Of a DNA stretch of 64,000 bases, positions 11,174 through 22,918 are shown piece after piece. Position numbers and translations under genes: made by a program. The DNA comes from a virus: the IMG/VR virus record IMGVR_UViG_3300047548_001271, positions 93,443 to 157,442 of that record, one strand, 5' to 3'. Under the pieces are notes generated by a model. It did not search any database and was not told the origin of the DNA. It saw only the letters and a program-made list of their open reading frames with translations. Each line of letters starts with the position of its first letter. Positions within the stretch are counted from its first letter, which is position 1.

Positions 11174-11446
11174 TCAACGCGACTTATCTAAAATTTCATA
11201 CCCATTATATTGCACGTAAAACGATTTTTCAATTCTGTTTGTTGGACAAACTCTTCCATCCTCAAACTTCTGAGACCAAACATTAATCCTGAAACTATTA
11301 TTCCATATAAAATGTTGATCGACTTTAAGAAAGTAGGGAGTATTTCCAATAAACTCTAAAAGCCTATCTTCTGGAATTGATGGGTCTGTAATTTCTTCTG
11401 GTTCTACTTTCACTATAGGTTTTGGTCGTTTTTTTGCTGTTAGCAT
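11174..11446 (-). CDS. hypothetical phage protein
   Basis: GAGG RBS and upstream TTGACA promoter. Confidence 0.6.
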   Translation of the reverse strand: MLTAKKRPKPIVKVEPEEITDPSIPEDRLLEFIGNTPYFLKVDQHFIWNNSFRINVWSQKFEDGRVCPTNRIEKSFYVQYNGYEILDKSR

Positions 11447-11504
11447 GTATTCCTCATATGTTATATGATGTAGAAAGAATATGTCAATAGAAATCTTATC
11501 AATA

Positions 11505-11843
11505 TCAAAGCCACATAAATCTAGTTTTAACTTGATAACGTGATTCGTCCGGCCAGCTAATAGTTAGTGCTCGATATCTATTTTTTAGTGTATTGTCTTG
11601 CTTAATATTGACAGTGTATCCAGCCTTCAAGAGTTCATCAAAAATAAATACCACAGCAGAAGAATGATAGTCATAAACATCAACAGCAAATGATCTTAGC
11701 TTCGCTTCTTCGCATAGTGGATTTTTTAAGATGAAAGAAAGCTTATCTTTAATTACTCCTGATAACTTGTTTACATCAGTCGAAACTCTTTCGCCGTTTG
11801 CTTTTTCGCAAACTTCATACAATTCTTTTGCTTTTATAAACAT
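11505..11843 (-). CDS. hypothetical phage protein
   Basis: AAGGA RBS; ORF track. Confidence 0.55.
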   Translation of the reverse strand: MFIKAKELYEVCEKANGERVSTDVNKLSGVIKDKLSFILKNPLCEEAKLRSFAVDVYDYHSSAVVFIFDELLKAGYTVNIKQDNTLKNRYRALTISWPDESRYQVKTRFMWL

Positions 11844-11854
11844 AAATCTTCCTT

Positions 11855-12460
11855 TTAATGATGTCCCTCGTGTTTGACTGGGAGATGCGACGCGATCTCC
11901 AAGATCTCAGTCAAATTATAGGGTTTGAAATTGTTTCCGTCAAGTCCAACATCCATACTTTTTCCGCCATTGAAAAACCTATCTTCTCTTGAAGAATGAC
12001 AATGACCGAACAAATGAATCGAACCATCAGCCATTTTATCCCAACTAGCGATTGGGAAGTGGAATAATACAATGAGTGGTAGACCTCTTTTTTTGAGAAC
12101 ATGGTATGGTGAATAAATATGAAAGCAATCAGACGCTCTTAAATTCGTTCCTTTGATTTGTGGATTAGATTCATATCCATGTCTATTGTCATGATTTCCT
12201 AGAATAAGATGAATTTTTTTACAATTCAGTCTTTTTCTAAAATTATAAATGTTTTCTGTTCCTCCAAAATTCCAATCTCCAAGACAGAATAGTTCATCAT
12301 TTTCTCCGACTACATTGTTAATATTGTTGACTATTGTATCATTCATCTGCTCAATAGAGTCAAAATTTCGCAAACACTTGTCGCCACTCCAAGATGAAAC
12401 ACCTCTTACAATGTTTTTGTGCCCATAATGCGGGTCCGACATAAACCAAATATCACTCAT
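11855..12460 (-). CDS. calcineurin-like metallophosphoesterase
   Basis: SDPHYGH, LGDW, GNHD, HFP, GHCH motifs. Confidence 0.9.
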   Translation of the reverse strand: MSDIWFMSDPHYGHKNIVRGVSSWSGDKCLRNFDSIEQMNDTIVNNINNVVGENDELFCLGDWNFGGTENIYNFRKRLNCKKIHLILGNHDNRHGYESNPQIKGTNLRASDCFHIYSPYHVLKKRGLPLIVLFHFPIASWDKMADGSIHLFGHCHSSREDRFFNGGKSMDVGLDGNNFKPYNLTEILEIASHLPVKHEGHH

Positions 12461-12879
12461 TTTAACCTCATGCTATTTCTAAGAGAATTTTCCATATTTA
12501 CCAGTTTTTCTTCTGGAACGTTGTGAATATTAGATCCTCCGTGCCAATTTTCAACTGTCAAAACATAAACTTTATATCCGTTCTCTTCTCCAAGATTTTT
12601 ATATCGCAGTACATCCTCTGATCTAGTTGAAGTATTTGAGATAATGATTATATGAGTTTTATCTTCTATCGCCCTTTTTACGCCTTCAAAACACCATTTG
12701 TGAGCCTCTCCAAGTTTAGTTGAATCAAATTTATATTCTCCATTTCTTTCAAAGAACATATCAGCTTCAATGTGTAGGCGAGTTGAGTATTGATCCTCAC
12801 AAAGTAGACCCATCAAAGATGTAGCAAGAGATGACTTTCCACACCCAGGAACACCTCGCAAAATAAACATTTTCGTCAT
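12457..12879 (-). CDS. P-loop kinase (AAA_33 / polynucleotide-kinase-like)
   Basis: Walker A GVPGCGKS, EADMFF, SNT, NIHNVP. Confidence 0.85.
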   Translation of the reverse strand: MTKMFILRGVPGCGKSSLATSLMGLLCEDQYSTRLHIEADMFFERNGEYKFDSTKLGEAHKWCFEGVKRAIEDKTHIIIISNTSTRSEDVLRYKNLGEENGYKVYVLTVENWHGGSNIHNVPEEKLVNMENSLRNSMRLK

Positions 12880-14823
12880 TTTTTATTTCTTTCATTCTCA
12901 AACTTTTTTAAAACATCAGCAAAGTCTTTAGAACTGACTTCGATATTATTTTTTCTTAGATAGTTTTCAACCATTGTGACATATCTATCACCGAACCCAA
13001 TATCGGGATTTACCCAATCATACTCACAAGCAAGGTGCATCATACCAGCTAATAGTTTTTTTTCTGTAGGTGTAAGACATATACATGTACTTTTTTTACA
13101 ATAATGGCAAAATGATCCGTCCATAATAAACCTTTTATTTTAAAAGTTGGATAGTATCTGCTGTTATAACTTTTATATTTTGAAGAGTTAAGATTTTTTT
13201 GTCTAGTTCATTTAAAAATTTAACCCTGGTCGAAACAAATCGCCTAATCCATGCCACTTCATAATATAAGTGCCAATCTAATTTAGTAATTTCTGTTTTC
13301 AAATTCATTTTTAATTCCATTGAATGTTCTTATAAACATCTGAGGTATTGTTCTTTTTATATAGAAAAGCGTATCGTCTTTTTTATTACCTTGAATATAT
13401 TTTAATAATGCATAGTATGTTTCATTTGATCCATATTTTGTCATTTTATCATACATTATTAAGTCTAAGCTAAGAATTATTTGAGATATATTCATTGTTA
13501 ATTTGGTTTTCTAAACTAGTTTCTATAAATATAGAGCTTTCTGTTTGAGCCATAGACGTAATTATTAATCTATCAATATTCAAAGGTGATAAATCAATAT
13601 CATCTCCTAGCGACCTTATATAGGTCTCTGCCTCTTCTAATGAATAAGCGACAATCAACACTTCTGTTTCTGAATTTTTAAACTTAAAAACTTTTGGTTT
13701 TACATGATCATAATATAACATAGCTCAGCCCTTTGTTGATGCTCGACTTTCACATTCATCATATAATGTATTATATACCTCAAACTGATACTCATCAATT
13801 GATGAGTAAGATTCAAGTAGATCAATGAATATTTTTTTTGCTGATTCGTTATTAATTTTTTTACAAATTTTTACCTTGTTATTAAAGGCGTTTTCAATTG
13901 AAAAATTTTTTATACCAAATATCTGAAAAATAACTTCGAGTTTACATTGAATAAAATACTTTTCAAGCTCTGAGTGTTTTTCAGTTTGTTCAAATATAAC
14001 ACCTCTATACATTCTAACTATTTCTTCCGCATTCATCATTAATCTCACAATAAAAACTTAAGATGAAACTTCCATGTCAATATCTCTATCAAAATGATAG
14101 AGACAAGCGAATTTAAATTGACCCGTATATTGATTTTTGTAATTAAGAAATTTTACTTGGTGTGCTCCTTCCCAGACACCACCAGATCTATCTACTATAG
14201 ATTTTAATTTCTCTACATCACTTTTAGAATATACAGTTTGTAGTCTTAGTGTAAATCTAGCTGACTTGTCCGAATCTCGATTATAACAAGCGAGAACATA
14301 TGTGTTGCCACAATCTTCGCACTCACTCAAATGTTTTTCTAAATCTAGTGGAAGTTCTGAATTTATAAATTTGAAAATTTCGCTTTTTGGTCTATCACAT
14401 TCTTGCATAAAACACCCTCAAATCTAGTTCAATTTTTCGTGATTGGTTGTTTTGGTATGGTTTCCACTGGCATCATTTCTACAAATATATGAATAAGCAA
14501 TGCAGTCGCTTCTCTTGTAGGTATATTAGTAAATAAATCATCTTTAAAAGATTCTATTTTTATATTTGAACTTGTCTCATGTGAAATTTGAGAATTAAAA
14601 CATTTCCTATGAAGCCTTTTTCTCAAATTTGTATTAATTTTTTCTAATCTTGATTTTTTGATAATTTGACACCAAATCATTTCACCTATATCAAAATAAT
14701 TTAATTGTTTAACAGAATTTACCATTAAATCTACGCCAAGCCTCAAATTATAAGAATTGCCGTAAGAAGCAAATAATGCTTTTTGTGCTTCATATTTTAA
14801 TTCATCGACAAAAAAGTGTAGTA

Positions 14824-15138
14824 TCATGTATTAATCTCTGCTAAGATACTTTCAGCTAGTTCTTTAAATCCATCTTCTCTCGTTATCTCATAATGACTGT
14901 CTCTACCAACAAATTTATAATATTTTCTTTGTATAATTTCTACCCCATTGAATAGAACAATTATGTCGTAGCCTTCTTCATTATGTTTCAATTTTTTTTC
15001 AAGACATCGTTTGAAAAGGTTTATCATTGTATCTCTTGATAGATCGTTTTCATAAACAAAATTTGATCCATAATTTTCCAAACAACAACCATAAGCATAA
15101 TCAGATGAGTCAGGTTTATAAGCTATAAATGTGTACAT
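14824..15138 (-). CDS. hypothetical protein, paralog of 15147..15440
   Basis: Shares YTFIAYK...GYDIxVLFNGVEII...EIT..D.FK.LAE.ILAEI with its neighbour. Confidence 0.65.
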   Translation of the reverse strand: MYTFIAYKPDSSDYAYGCCLENYGSNFVYENDLSRDTMINLFKRCLEKKLKHNEEGYDIIVLFNGVEIIQRKYYKFVGRDSHYEITREDGFKELAESILAEINT

Positions 15139-15146
15139 ATTAACTC

Positions 15147-15440
15147 CTATTTAATTTCCGCTAAAATAGTTTCTGCTAGTTGTTTAAATTCGTCGTCGTG
15201 CGTTATTTCAAAATCACTTCCAAAATCTTTTTTTATAATTTCTACGCCGTTAAATAGAACGAATATATCATAGCCGTTTTCGCCATAATTAAATTTCTTC
15301 CCACAATAATCCCTTAGCAAATGCACGATTTTATATTTTGATACCGGACTTTTATAGTAAAAATCTGACATAGAATAAGTTCCAGTATTATAATACTGAA
15401 ACCAACTAGACGAGCTTTTATAGGCTATGAATGTATACAC
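15147..15440 (-). CDS. hypothetical protein, paralog of 14824..15138
   Basis: GTG start after AGGAG; tandem paralog. Confidence 0.65.
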   Translation of the reverse strand: MYTFIAYKSSSSWFQYYNTGTYSMSDFYYKSPVSKYKIVHLLRDYCGKKFNYGENGYDIFVLFNGVEIIKKDFGSDFEITHDDEFKQLAETILAEIK

Positions 15441-15863
15441 GTTATCTCCTTTTTGCTTTAGCTTTTCTTTCTCTATACTTATCCGCATCACCACTAGGAT
15501 CAAAATTAAAGCAAGGCGGCTTTCGATACTTCTCTTGTCCTTCTTCCATTATTTCGTATTTCTGACGCTGAGATACTTCGAGCTGTCTTTTTCTAGCCAA
15601 TACTTTCTTATACACGTTGGTCATGTAAAGCTGACCAGTTTTACAGCAGTAAAGAGAAAAAAGTTTAGTCATGATTGAGCCCTTTGCTTTCAGCCTTTAG
15701 TTGAAAATACAAACGATAATCGATAGGACGAAAATTGTCGCTTTTAATCTTAATTAATTTAAATAAACGTGTTGAAATTCGTTTTTTACTGATCTTTTCC
15801 ATTATGTCAGAAATTAATAAAATAAAAAAAATCTTTAAATTATTTGAATGCATTGCTACTCTT

Positions 15864-16199
15864 TTAACCAAATACTAAACGTCCATAACATCTACCAGAA
15901 CAAACAACTCCCCATGATCCACTCTTATAAATCTGATCTTCTGATATTGTTTCGTCGCACATGCAGCAATCAACAACCCCAGAAAAGAGTTCATAAATTC
16001 CATTGCCTTTTGATGGAAATTGATCTTTTGTTGGATCGAAGATAGATCCGTCTGGTCTGACAGTCCACCAGTGCTGCATCTGTTTGTTCCAGATTGGACA
16101 ATAGTAGTAGCCTCTGCATAATACTAGAGAGCTATCATTTTGGCAAGCTAATTCCGAATATTCTTTGCATTTTCCTCGAAATTTTAGATAGTCACTCAT
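15864..16199 (-). CDS. conserved hypothetical Cys-rich phage protein
   Basis: RGKCKE, HWW..DG.IFDPT..QF and CxxC/CSxxC motifs. Confidence 0.6.
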   Translation of the reverse strand: MSDYLKFRGKCKEYSELACQNDSSLVLCRGYYYCPIWNKQMQHWWTVRPDGSIFDPTKDQFPSKGNGIYELFSGVVDCCMCDETISEDQIYKSGSWGVVCSGRCYGRLVFG

Positions 16200-17505
16200 T
16201 ATTAGATCTTTCTTGCATTTTTTCTATTTTAAAACCTTGTAAAAAAAACCATGTAATAATTTCCTTATTCTGTATTAATTGTTTGTTATTGAGAATTTGA
16301 ATGTGGACTTTATTCCTGTGTTCATTTTTAACAGAATAACAAATCGCAAGATTATTTTTACTAAATATTGAAAGGTGAAAGTCTCTAAGCATCATGAATT
16401 TTTTCTAGTGCTTCAGCACAATAATCAAATATGCAATAACGAGTAAGATCTGTAACAATAAAAAAAGTAATCATTTTATGAAATTTATTATCACCTTTTA
16501 AATAATGAGAATCTAAAATCTTACACAAGACTTTGTCAAAAAATATTGAATTAAAAGATTTTTTTAGATTATTCATTTTTAAGACCATTCACAATAAAAC
16601 CTTTAACAAAAAAAGAAGAAACAATATCAATTTTTCGTCCACCGTAATGACAAAATAAATTAAATACTTGGAGAGTCCTTTCTCCGCCAATACCTTTGTC
16701 AATTTTTGTAAATAAAATATAATAATAAATATTACGCATTTTAAGTTTCATTCACAAGTTTTTTATACATTAATGAACCAAGAAAAAATTTTAAACCAAA
16801 TATTTCTAGGCAATAGTTTTCTTTATCTTGATTAATCTCGATTTTTTTTACCAAAGCATTATTCCATAAACTAAACAAGTTTGCAGAATTAAGTAGCGAT
16901 TCATAAGTTAAATTATTGGAGTTTCTATACTCAATAAATTCTTTTGTCTCAAAGCACGACCATTCTAAAATGTAATTTTCGTATTCTACTGTAGCGCAAA
17001 TTTCTGTTGGAAAGTCCACATAGAGCATCGGGGTTATCTTGGTTTGTTCGTTTTGTCCTTTTTCAACAAAAAGTCTGTACTGTTTTTCAAGATCCCATTT
17101 TTCAGTTAGTGTGATGCTTTTAATTTCACCAAAATCGGATATACTATCTATCATTAATGCCTCCATAATTATTCCATGGACTACAGCCAAATCTTAGATT
17201 TAATCAAAGAGAGCTGATCTAATCTGTGAGTAACTTTCTCTTGTGACAAAATTTTCACCATCAATGAATTTAATGTCGCATCCAGTATTATTTCGTTCTC
17301 TAATCCACGCAATATTACCCACGTTAATTAGGATTTTTCTTTCTAACTGTCGATAGTCACGAGTAAATATAATTTCAGTAACTTCAATAAATTTCATTAT
17401 AATTTCTTTCTTAAAAAATTAACCGCAGGAGAGAGGTCACTCCAACCCGACCAAAACCGAACTCTAGGTCGCCCTCTGGCTTATGGTTTTCCTGATTACA
17501 TGCGG

Positions 17506-18789
17506 TTAAGAAACTTCTTCCATATCTTGATAGTCGTCAGCTTCCTTAGCAATCCCCTCCAGAACCTTAAAGAGGAACGATTTGTTCTTGAAAGTCTTCC
17601 ATTTACTAGAGTCTACGCGAACGCACACTCCTTCTCGCGGATGACGAGGATCAACCAAGTCAGGTCCGTCAGTAAATCCATCCACCACTTCAAGAAGTTT
17701 ATCGTAGTCTCCATCGAAAGTCAAGCGAGAAATCTCAGGAACGTATTTGACGCCCCAAGAATCACATTTCGACTTCACTTGATCCCATGTGAGATCGATA
17801 GCCTCGCCATTAGGAAGAACGTAAGCAATACGATAGACGTAGATATCAAAGTCAAGAACAGGGAAACCAGTTTCATCGCATTTGCGAGCATCACAGTTAT
17901 AGGTATAAGTAATCTTATCGCCATACAACTTCTTAACTTCCTTGTCCTTAGTTTTAGATGTATCTTGAACTGGCATGATAGGTTTACCATACTCAAAACC
18001 AACAACCTCAAAGAAAATTTCCATATGGTCTTCGAGATATGGATATAGCTTTTCAGCCACCTTTTCGCGGAAAGACTCAGAGTAATACCCAGTGTCATCT
18101 CCACGAAGTGTTACGTTACGAGTCCCATTGTAGAGACGCATAACTTTACGATCTCTCTTGATTTTGAAGAATTCGAGAACTCTGTCATACCATTTTTCCG
18201 GTTTCTCTTCGTAGTTCTTTGCAACTCGCTGAGAAGTTCCGTGCATTTTTAGAGTGATGACAAGGTTATCACCAGCTTTGATCGAAGCTAGAGAGTGACG
18301 TAGCTGCTCAGTATCCTTATGTTTCGGAAACCAAATGCTCTCACGACAAACCTTAGTAGAGTTATTGCTTCTAGCTCTAAGAGTCCGAGGAGAAAAGTAT
18401 TTCTTGCAGATTTCCTTGCCGTTAAATGTGGCGATTTTATCTCCTTCTTTCAGAGAAGAAGTATCACCAGCGTAATTCAGGTGCGACAGCGGACACCAAA
18501 ATCCATTAGATTTTAGGCCTCGAACTTTTTGTGCTCGAACCTTACGGTTTTCATCGAACATTCCTCCGGCATTAGTTCCGTCCGGATTCTTTCGACGAAC
18601 GAGATCATTTGCAGCGGCAAATTCTTCGCTAAGCTGTAGATCGCAAGGGAAATACAGACCTAGTTCACCATCAGCAGTCTTGTTCGAAACAACAATAGTT
18701 TCCCCAAGAACCCAACCAACAGCAAGCGAATGAACTTCTGGATCTGGGTGTGGTGTTACTTTAATTCGTGTTACAATGGCTTCGTGCAT
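17506..18789 (-). CDS. RNA ligase (DRB0094/Rnl2-like) with N-terminal OB domain
   Basis: Motif I TLKMHGTS, motif III IFFEVVG, FDIYVY, motif IV REGVCVR, motif V FKNKS. Confidence 0.8.
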   Translation of the reverse strand: MHEAIVTRIKVTPHPDPEVHSLAVGWVLGETIVVSNKTADGELGLYFPCDLQLSEEFAAANDLVRRKNPDGTNAGGMFDENRKVRAQKVRGLKSNGFWCPLSHLNYAGDTSSLKEGDKIATFNGKEICKKYFSPRTLRARSNNSTKVCRESIWFPKHKDTEQLRHSLASIKAGDNLVITLKMHGTSQRVAKNYEEKPEKWYDRVLEFFKIKRDRKVMRLYNGTRNVTLRGDDTGYYSESFREKVAEKLYPYLEDHMEIFFEVVGFEYGKPIMPVQDTSKTKDKEVKKLYGDKITYTYNCDARKCDETGFPVLDFDIYVYRIAYVLPNGEAIDLTWDQVKSKCDSWGVKYVPEISRLTFDGDYDKLLEVVDGFTDGPDLVDPRHPREGVCVRVDSSKWKTFKNKSFLFKVLEGIAKEADDYQDMEEVS

Positions 18790-18812
18790 GTTAGTACCTT
18801 TCTATGTGGACT

Positions 18813-18840
18813 ATTGTACTTGATTCTGATTCTCTGTCAA
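18813..18840 (-). promoter_or_regulatory. sigma70-type promoter of the RNA ligase gene
   Basis: TTGACA-N16-TACAAT. Confidence 0.75.
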
Positions 18841-20033
18841 GGCTTTTTTTATACGTGATTTTAAATGAATACTAGCATTAACTTGATTTATACGAGAAAA
18901 ATAAAGACAGTAATAATGGTAATATTTACGAAATAAAACATTGTGCGATTTTTTAAACACATCATTTGCAATGTATTTAATCATTTAATATGATTCTCCG
19001 TAAGGAAGGCATATAATATATGCGATTTTAACCCAATATGATGAATTATGTTTTTATAAAGAAACATATAAGGCGACTTCTTTTTATGTTTCTTCGAGAA
19101 AATTATAGTATTATGTATTTTTATATCAACATCATCTATATAATCTTTAATCATACAACTCATTCTTTATGTAAAATTCGAAGTGAATGATTGACAATTT
19201 TTTACCATTAATCAGTCGTGCAAATAAAGCTAGGCTTTTAGGTCTAACAGAGGATTTAATTAAATCAGTTATATATTTGAGTTGCATATTATAATCGCTC
19301 CACAGTCATCACATTTAAAACATGTAACAAAGAAGCTAATTTTGTGCGTGTTTTTATGAGGACATTCAGATTGAATTTTATCTGAAATCTCCCATATTTG
19401 ATGTTCAAGATCTGAAATCTTTATTCCAAGCTCTTGTCTTTCGTTTTCTAGTTGATGTAATTGGGTTTGTAATTGCTGTTTTTGCTTTATTAGATTACTC
19501 ATTTTATTTTTCCACAATTTTTACATTTAAGAACTGGAATTGTATCTAAAGATTGCCAATTTATTATGTCTGATTTAACATACTCTTTATGCTTACAATC
19601 TTTAGTTTCAGCTTTTAATACATCAGATAGTAAATTTACTTGCTTTTTCTCTGATTCTGCTAAATCCGCAAGTAATCTATCTCGCTCTCTAGCAAAATGC
19701 TGTCGAGTTTTTGCTAGTTCGGATTCAAACTTTTCAAATGGTGTCATCTTCACCTCCAATAAATCTGTGTGTTTATGAATGGGTCAAGCATTCGAACTAT
19801 GTTATCTGGTGTAATAAGCTTGCCAACAATTTGAGTGATTTGTTCATAATGAACAGAATAAACTCTTTCTTCATTTGGGCTATAAACTTTAACCCACCGA
19901 TCCTCATCAGGATTGTATTTTTCTACGACTAACATGACTTGAGGCTCAGCATCATCAAAAGAAACTTCAACCCAAGTGCTTGGTGTGATAACCAATTTAC
20001 TCATTTTATTCTCCTGATATTATAAAGGTCGAG

Positions 20034-20064
20034 AAAAAAACCGCCACCAGCGACGGTGACGGTT
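20034..20064 (-). terminator. rho-independent terminator
   Basis: AACCGTCACC-GTCGCT-GGTGGCGGTT plus T run, after the SPFH gene. Confidence 0.75.
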
Positions 20065-20092
20065 ATTATAATTACGGTTTTAGCTCTGTCAA
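20065..20092 (-). promoter_or_regulatory. sigma70-type promoter
   Basis: TTGACA-N16-TATAAT. Confidence 0.6.
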
Positions 20093-21349
20093 TTACTTTT
20101 CTGGAATTTGCAGCAGAAGATCCATATTTCCATTCCCCATGAAGTAGGTCGGGAAACTACCATTCCACTTTTCAACCTTCTTAGTTTCTAGTTCTAACCT
20201 CTTCAAGCCAAGATACAATTCAGTGTCTTTCTTTGCTTGTTCAGCTTCATACGTCTTCGCGTCTGCAACGAGTTTGATTGCGTCAGCCTCTCCTTGTTTC
20301 TCCGTAAGGATAGCTTTAGCCTTTGCCTCCGCTTCAAGCTGAATACGCTTGTTTTCTTCAAGCTGGGCTGTTGTTTTCGCAATCGCAATGAAAGATTCTT
20401 GTTCGGCGTTAAACACCTCAGCCATCTTTTCTTGAATTTTTGGGTTACGATATACAAATCCACCAGTAATTCCTAGATTTGTAATTGTAATACCTCGTAG
20501 AGCAAAAAAGTCTGTAATATTTTTTGTTACTTCTCGAATAATTGGAGTGGCTTTAGATTTTAGTTCATCCATTGGCTTATCAGTAACGGCGAGACTAAAT
20601 TCACTCTGTAGTTTTGCTCTAATTTCACTATCAAGAACTGATGCAAGGCTTCCGTTTTTATATGTTGACAAGAATAGTGCGGCGTCTTCTCGTGATTTGA
20701 TATATGCAGTACAAGTCCAACCAGTAGAAAATTCAACTTGATCGCTAGTCATTACCCAAATAGCTTGATCAAACTGCGACGTACCAGACTTTGTATCCGC
20801 TGTCCATTCTCGCGTGACCGGTTCAGTTGCAACTCGGATCAATTTAGCAGCATCAATCCATTCTCCATTCCACCCTTTAAACCAAGCGAATGTATTATAT
20901 CCTCTGTCAACCCACATTTGAGGAATTTTTACTTGCTGAGAAAGAACCACCTTTTTTTCGTACTCTTCTGCAGAAATTGCGGCTTGATTTTGAACATCTG
21001 CATTGTTGATAATGAACGCCACCTCATTTGGTTCAACCATCTCATATTTGTTCGGCTCGAAAGGTTTTCGACACCCGCTTATGAAGAACAAGACAACTAA
21101 AGGAAAAAGGCTCTTCAGATACTTCAGCTTAGAACGATACGCAGTAATCCACATCAAAACAACTCCTACAACAGATAGTGACCAACAAGCAGACCTCACT
21201 TGAGAATCAACCATTAACTCGTTGGTTATTGGCTTATTAAACTGATTAATATGTGCTTCCCTTTTTAGTTGAAGATTAGCACTATCATAAATCGACAACC
21301 CCGCAAAAACAAGACTCGTCACGACAACCAGCAAAATAAATTTGTACAT
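20093..21349 (-). CDS. SPFH/band-7 membrane protein
   Basis: N-terminal TM helices, RGITITNLG, Ala/Glu-rich coiled coil, C-terminal EKWNGSFPT. Confidence 0.75.
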   Translation of the reverse strand: MYKFILLVVVTSLVFAGLSIYDSANLQLKREAHINQFNKPITNELMVDSQVRSACWSLSVVGVVLMWITAYRSKLKYLKSLFPLVVLFFISGCRKPFEPNKYEMVEPNEVAFIINNADVQNQAAISAEEYEKKVVLSQQVKIPQMWVDRGYNTFAWFKGWNGEWIDAAKLIRVATEPVTREWTADTKSGTSQFDQAIWVMTSDQVEFSTGWTCTAYIKSREDAALFLSTYKNGSLASVLDSEIRAKLQSEFSLAVTDKPMDELKSKATPIIREVTKNITDFFALRGITITNLGITGGFVYRNPKIQEKMAEVFNAEQESFIAIAKTTAQLEENKRIQLEAEAKAKAILTEKQGEADAIKLVADAKTYEAEQAKKDTELYLGLKRLELETKKVEKWNGSFPTYFMGNGNMDLLLQIPEK

Positions 21350-21471
21350 AAACTTTTCCTTTTTAAATAATTTGAATGAATGTACAGTCTTTGCATCCCC
21401 AAGAAGTATTATCATCCCATGTATTATTGCTTCCGCATTTTGGACACTTCATTTATAAGATCCTTTTTATA

Positions 21472-21873
21472 TTAGTCAACTTTAATCCCACTTTTTTCAA
21501 GAACTTTCTTAGCTCTTTCAATTTGTTTTTTCTCTGCTAAGGCTTTTCTTTTTTGTTGAGCCTCTTCTTGTTTTTTAATTTCTTCTTTTTCTTTTTCTTG
21601 TTCATCTTGAATGAATTTCTTAATATTCTCAATAAAACCATCAATCGTTTTTTTGCTTGTAATGTCTTCTAAAATAACTATTTCAGTATTATACTTTGAT
21701 AAACGTTTTTTACCTTGTGGGCTTTGTAACCATTTAAGTTCCTCTTCCGTTACATCTTCCCATTCAGATTGTTCATTTGTCTCAAAAAGTTTAGCATTTT
21801 GACAAAATGTATAATTACAAGTATCACAGTGTATAATATTGTTATGAACTCTAATCAATTTAATTCTTGGCAT
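21472..21873 (-). CDS. hypothetical coiled-coil protein
   Basis: GAGGTG RBS before MPRIKL; Lys/Glu-rich C-terminus. Confidence 0.55.
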   Translation of the reverse strand: MPRIKLIRVHNNIIHCDTCNYTFCQNAKLFETNEQSEWEDVTEEELKWLQSPQGKKRLSKYNTEIVILEDITSKKTIDGFIENIKKFIQDEQEKEKEEIKKQEEAQQKRKALAEKKQIERAKKVLEKSGIKVD

Positions 21874-22318
21874 GGCACACCTCATTTGACATCGTTAAAG
21901 CCCAGATCATTAATCCGCGTTTATGGTTGCCGCCACTAACACGAATATAATGACTTGATATTTCATTATGTGGATATTCATCTGCATCGCAGAATATTTT
22001 TTTACTTGGAACCCACATCATTCCTGAGTCAGTAATATTCAAGAATATACCACTAGTATGCTTGTATACTAGCGTGTCTTTATCTTGAGTCCATCCAATA
22101 CCTGGTTTTAGTTTATTTTTCTTCATTCAATTCACCAGTCATCCATTTTCTCAAATCAACAATTAAAAACCAATCTTGGTTAATTTTTTTAGCAATTTCT
22201 AAAGCTTGTTCTTCTGTTTCAAAGCATCCTCTCCAATCTTCTGTTCCTGCGGAGTAACACTCGTTATCTGCAGCGATTAGCAGAAATGGTTTATTCATTA
22301 TAAATTTGCTTTCTCAAG

Positions 22319-22576
22319 TGGACCTGGCCGGATTCGAACCGGCGTCTCAAACTAACTATATAACAATTCATTCACACGTTTAGTTGCTGAGCAACGTCCT
22401 TAGTTTATACGATAACAATCCACTCTTGGTTGATAGGGTTTGTGGAGACCCCACGCTTATGCAGCGAGAGAAACGATGTTTGCTCTTATTTTTTGATTGG
22501 CTTTTTACGAGGCCAGCCGATCAACCTCGACGTGCATCATTATACCGCTTCATCTGATCGATACCATTACAGGCCC
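22319..22576 (-). ncRNA. ssrA: tmRNA (compact, about 258 nt), tag ANIVSLAA
   Basis: Acceptor GGGCCTG/CAGGTCC-A with G3:U70; GACGCCGGTTCGAATCCGG T arm; ATAAGA-GCA resume context; tag reading frame 22483..22457 ends LAA-TAA. Confidence 0.92.
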
Positions 22577-22578
22577 AA

Positions 22579-22665
22579 TGCGAGAAGGTGGGATTCGAAC
22601 CCACATGTTTAGCCAGTGGCACTTGATTTACAGTCAAGCTCCTTCACCAATTTGGATACTCTCGC
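22579..22665 (-). tRNA. tRNA-Tyr(GUA)
   Basis: CTTGA-CTGTAAA-TCAAG anticodon arm, long variable arm, T arm. Confidence 0.9.
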
Positions 22666-22918
22666 TAATAAAATCTTCACAAACTATGTACATACAATTA
22701 GTTCCTACTTCAATAGAATGCTTTGGAAAATACGGATCTCCATATTTTTTAGATATTTCATTATTTTTGATAAGACCGGGTGTTTTGCCGTTTTCATCAA
22801 AATAAAGTGGAAATGATTCTCTACCAAAACAATCTCTTTGTTTCCAGAAACATTTTTCATTTTTACATTCGAATGTTGATGGGCATTGATATGTTGTTTG
22901 CATGTTAAATCATTCTAT

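Noticed and set aside
17500-18048. Long plus-strand ORFs (also 20738-21100, 58400-58918 and many shorter ones)
   Set aside because: They are antisense shadows of well-supported minus-strand genes or RNAs, with no motifs or RBS
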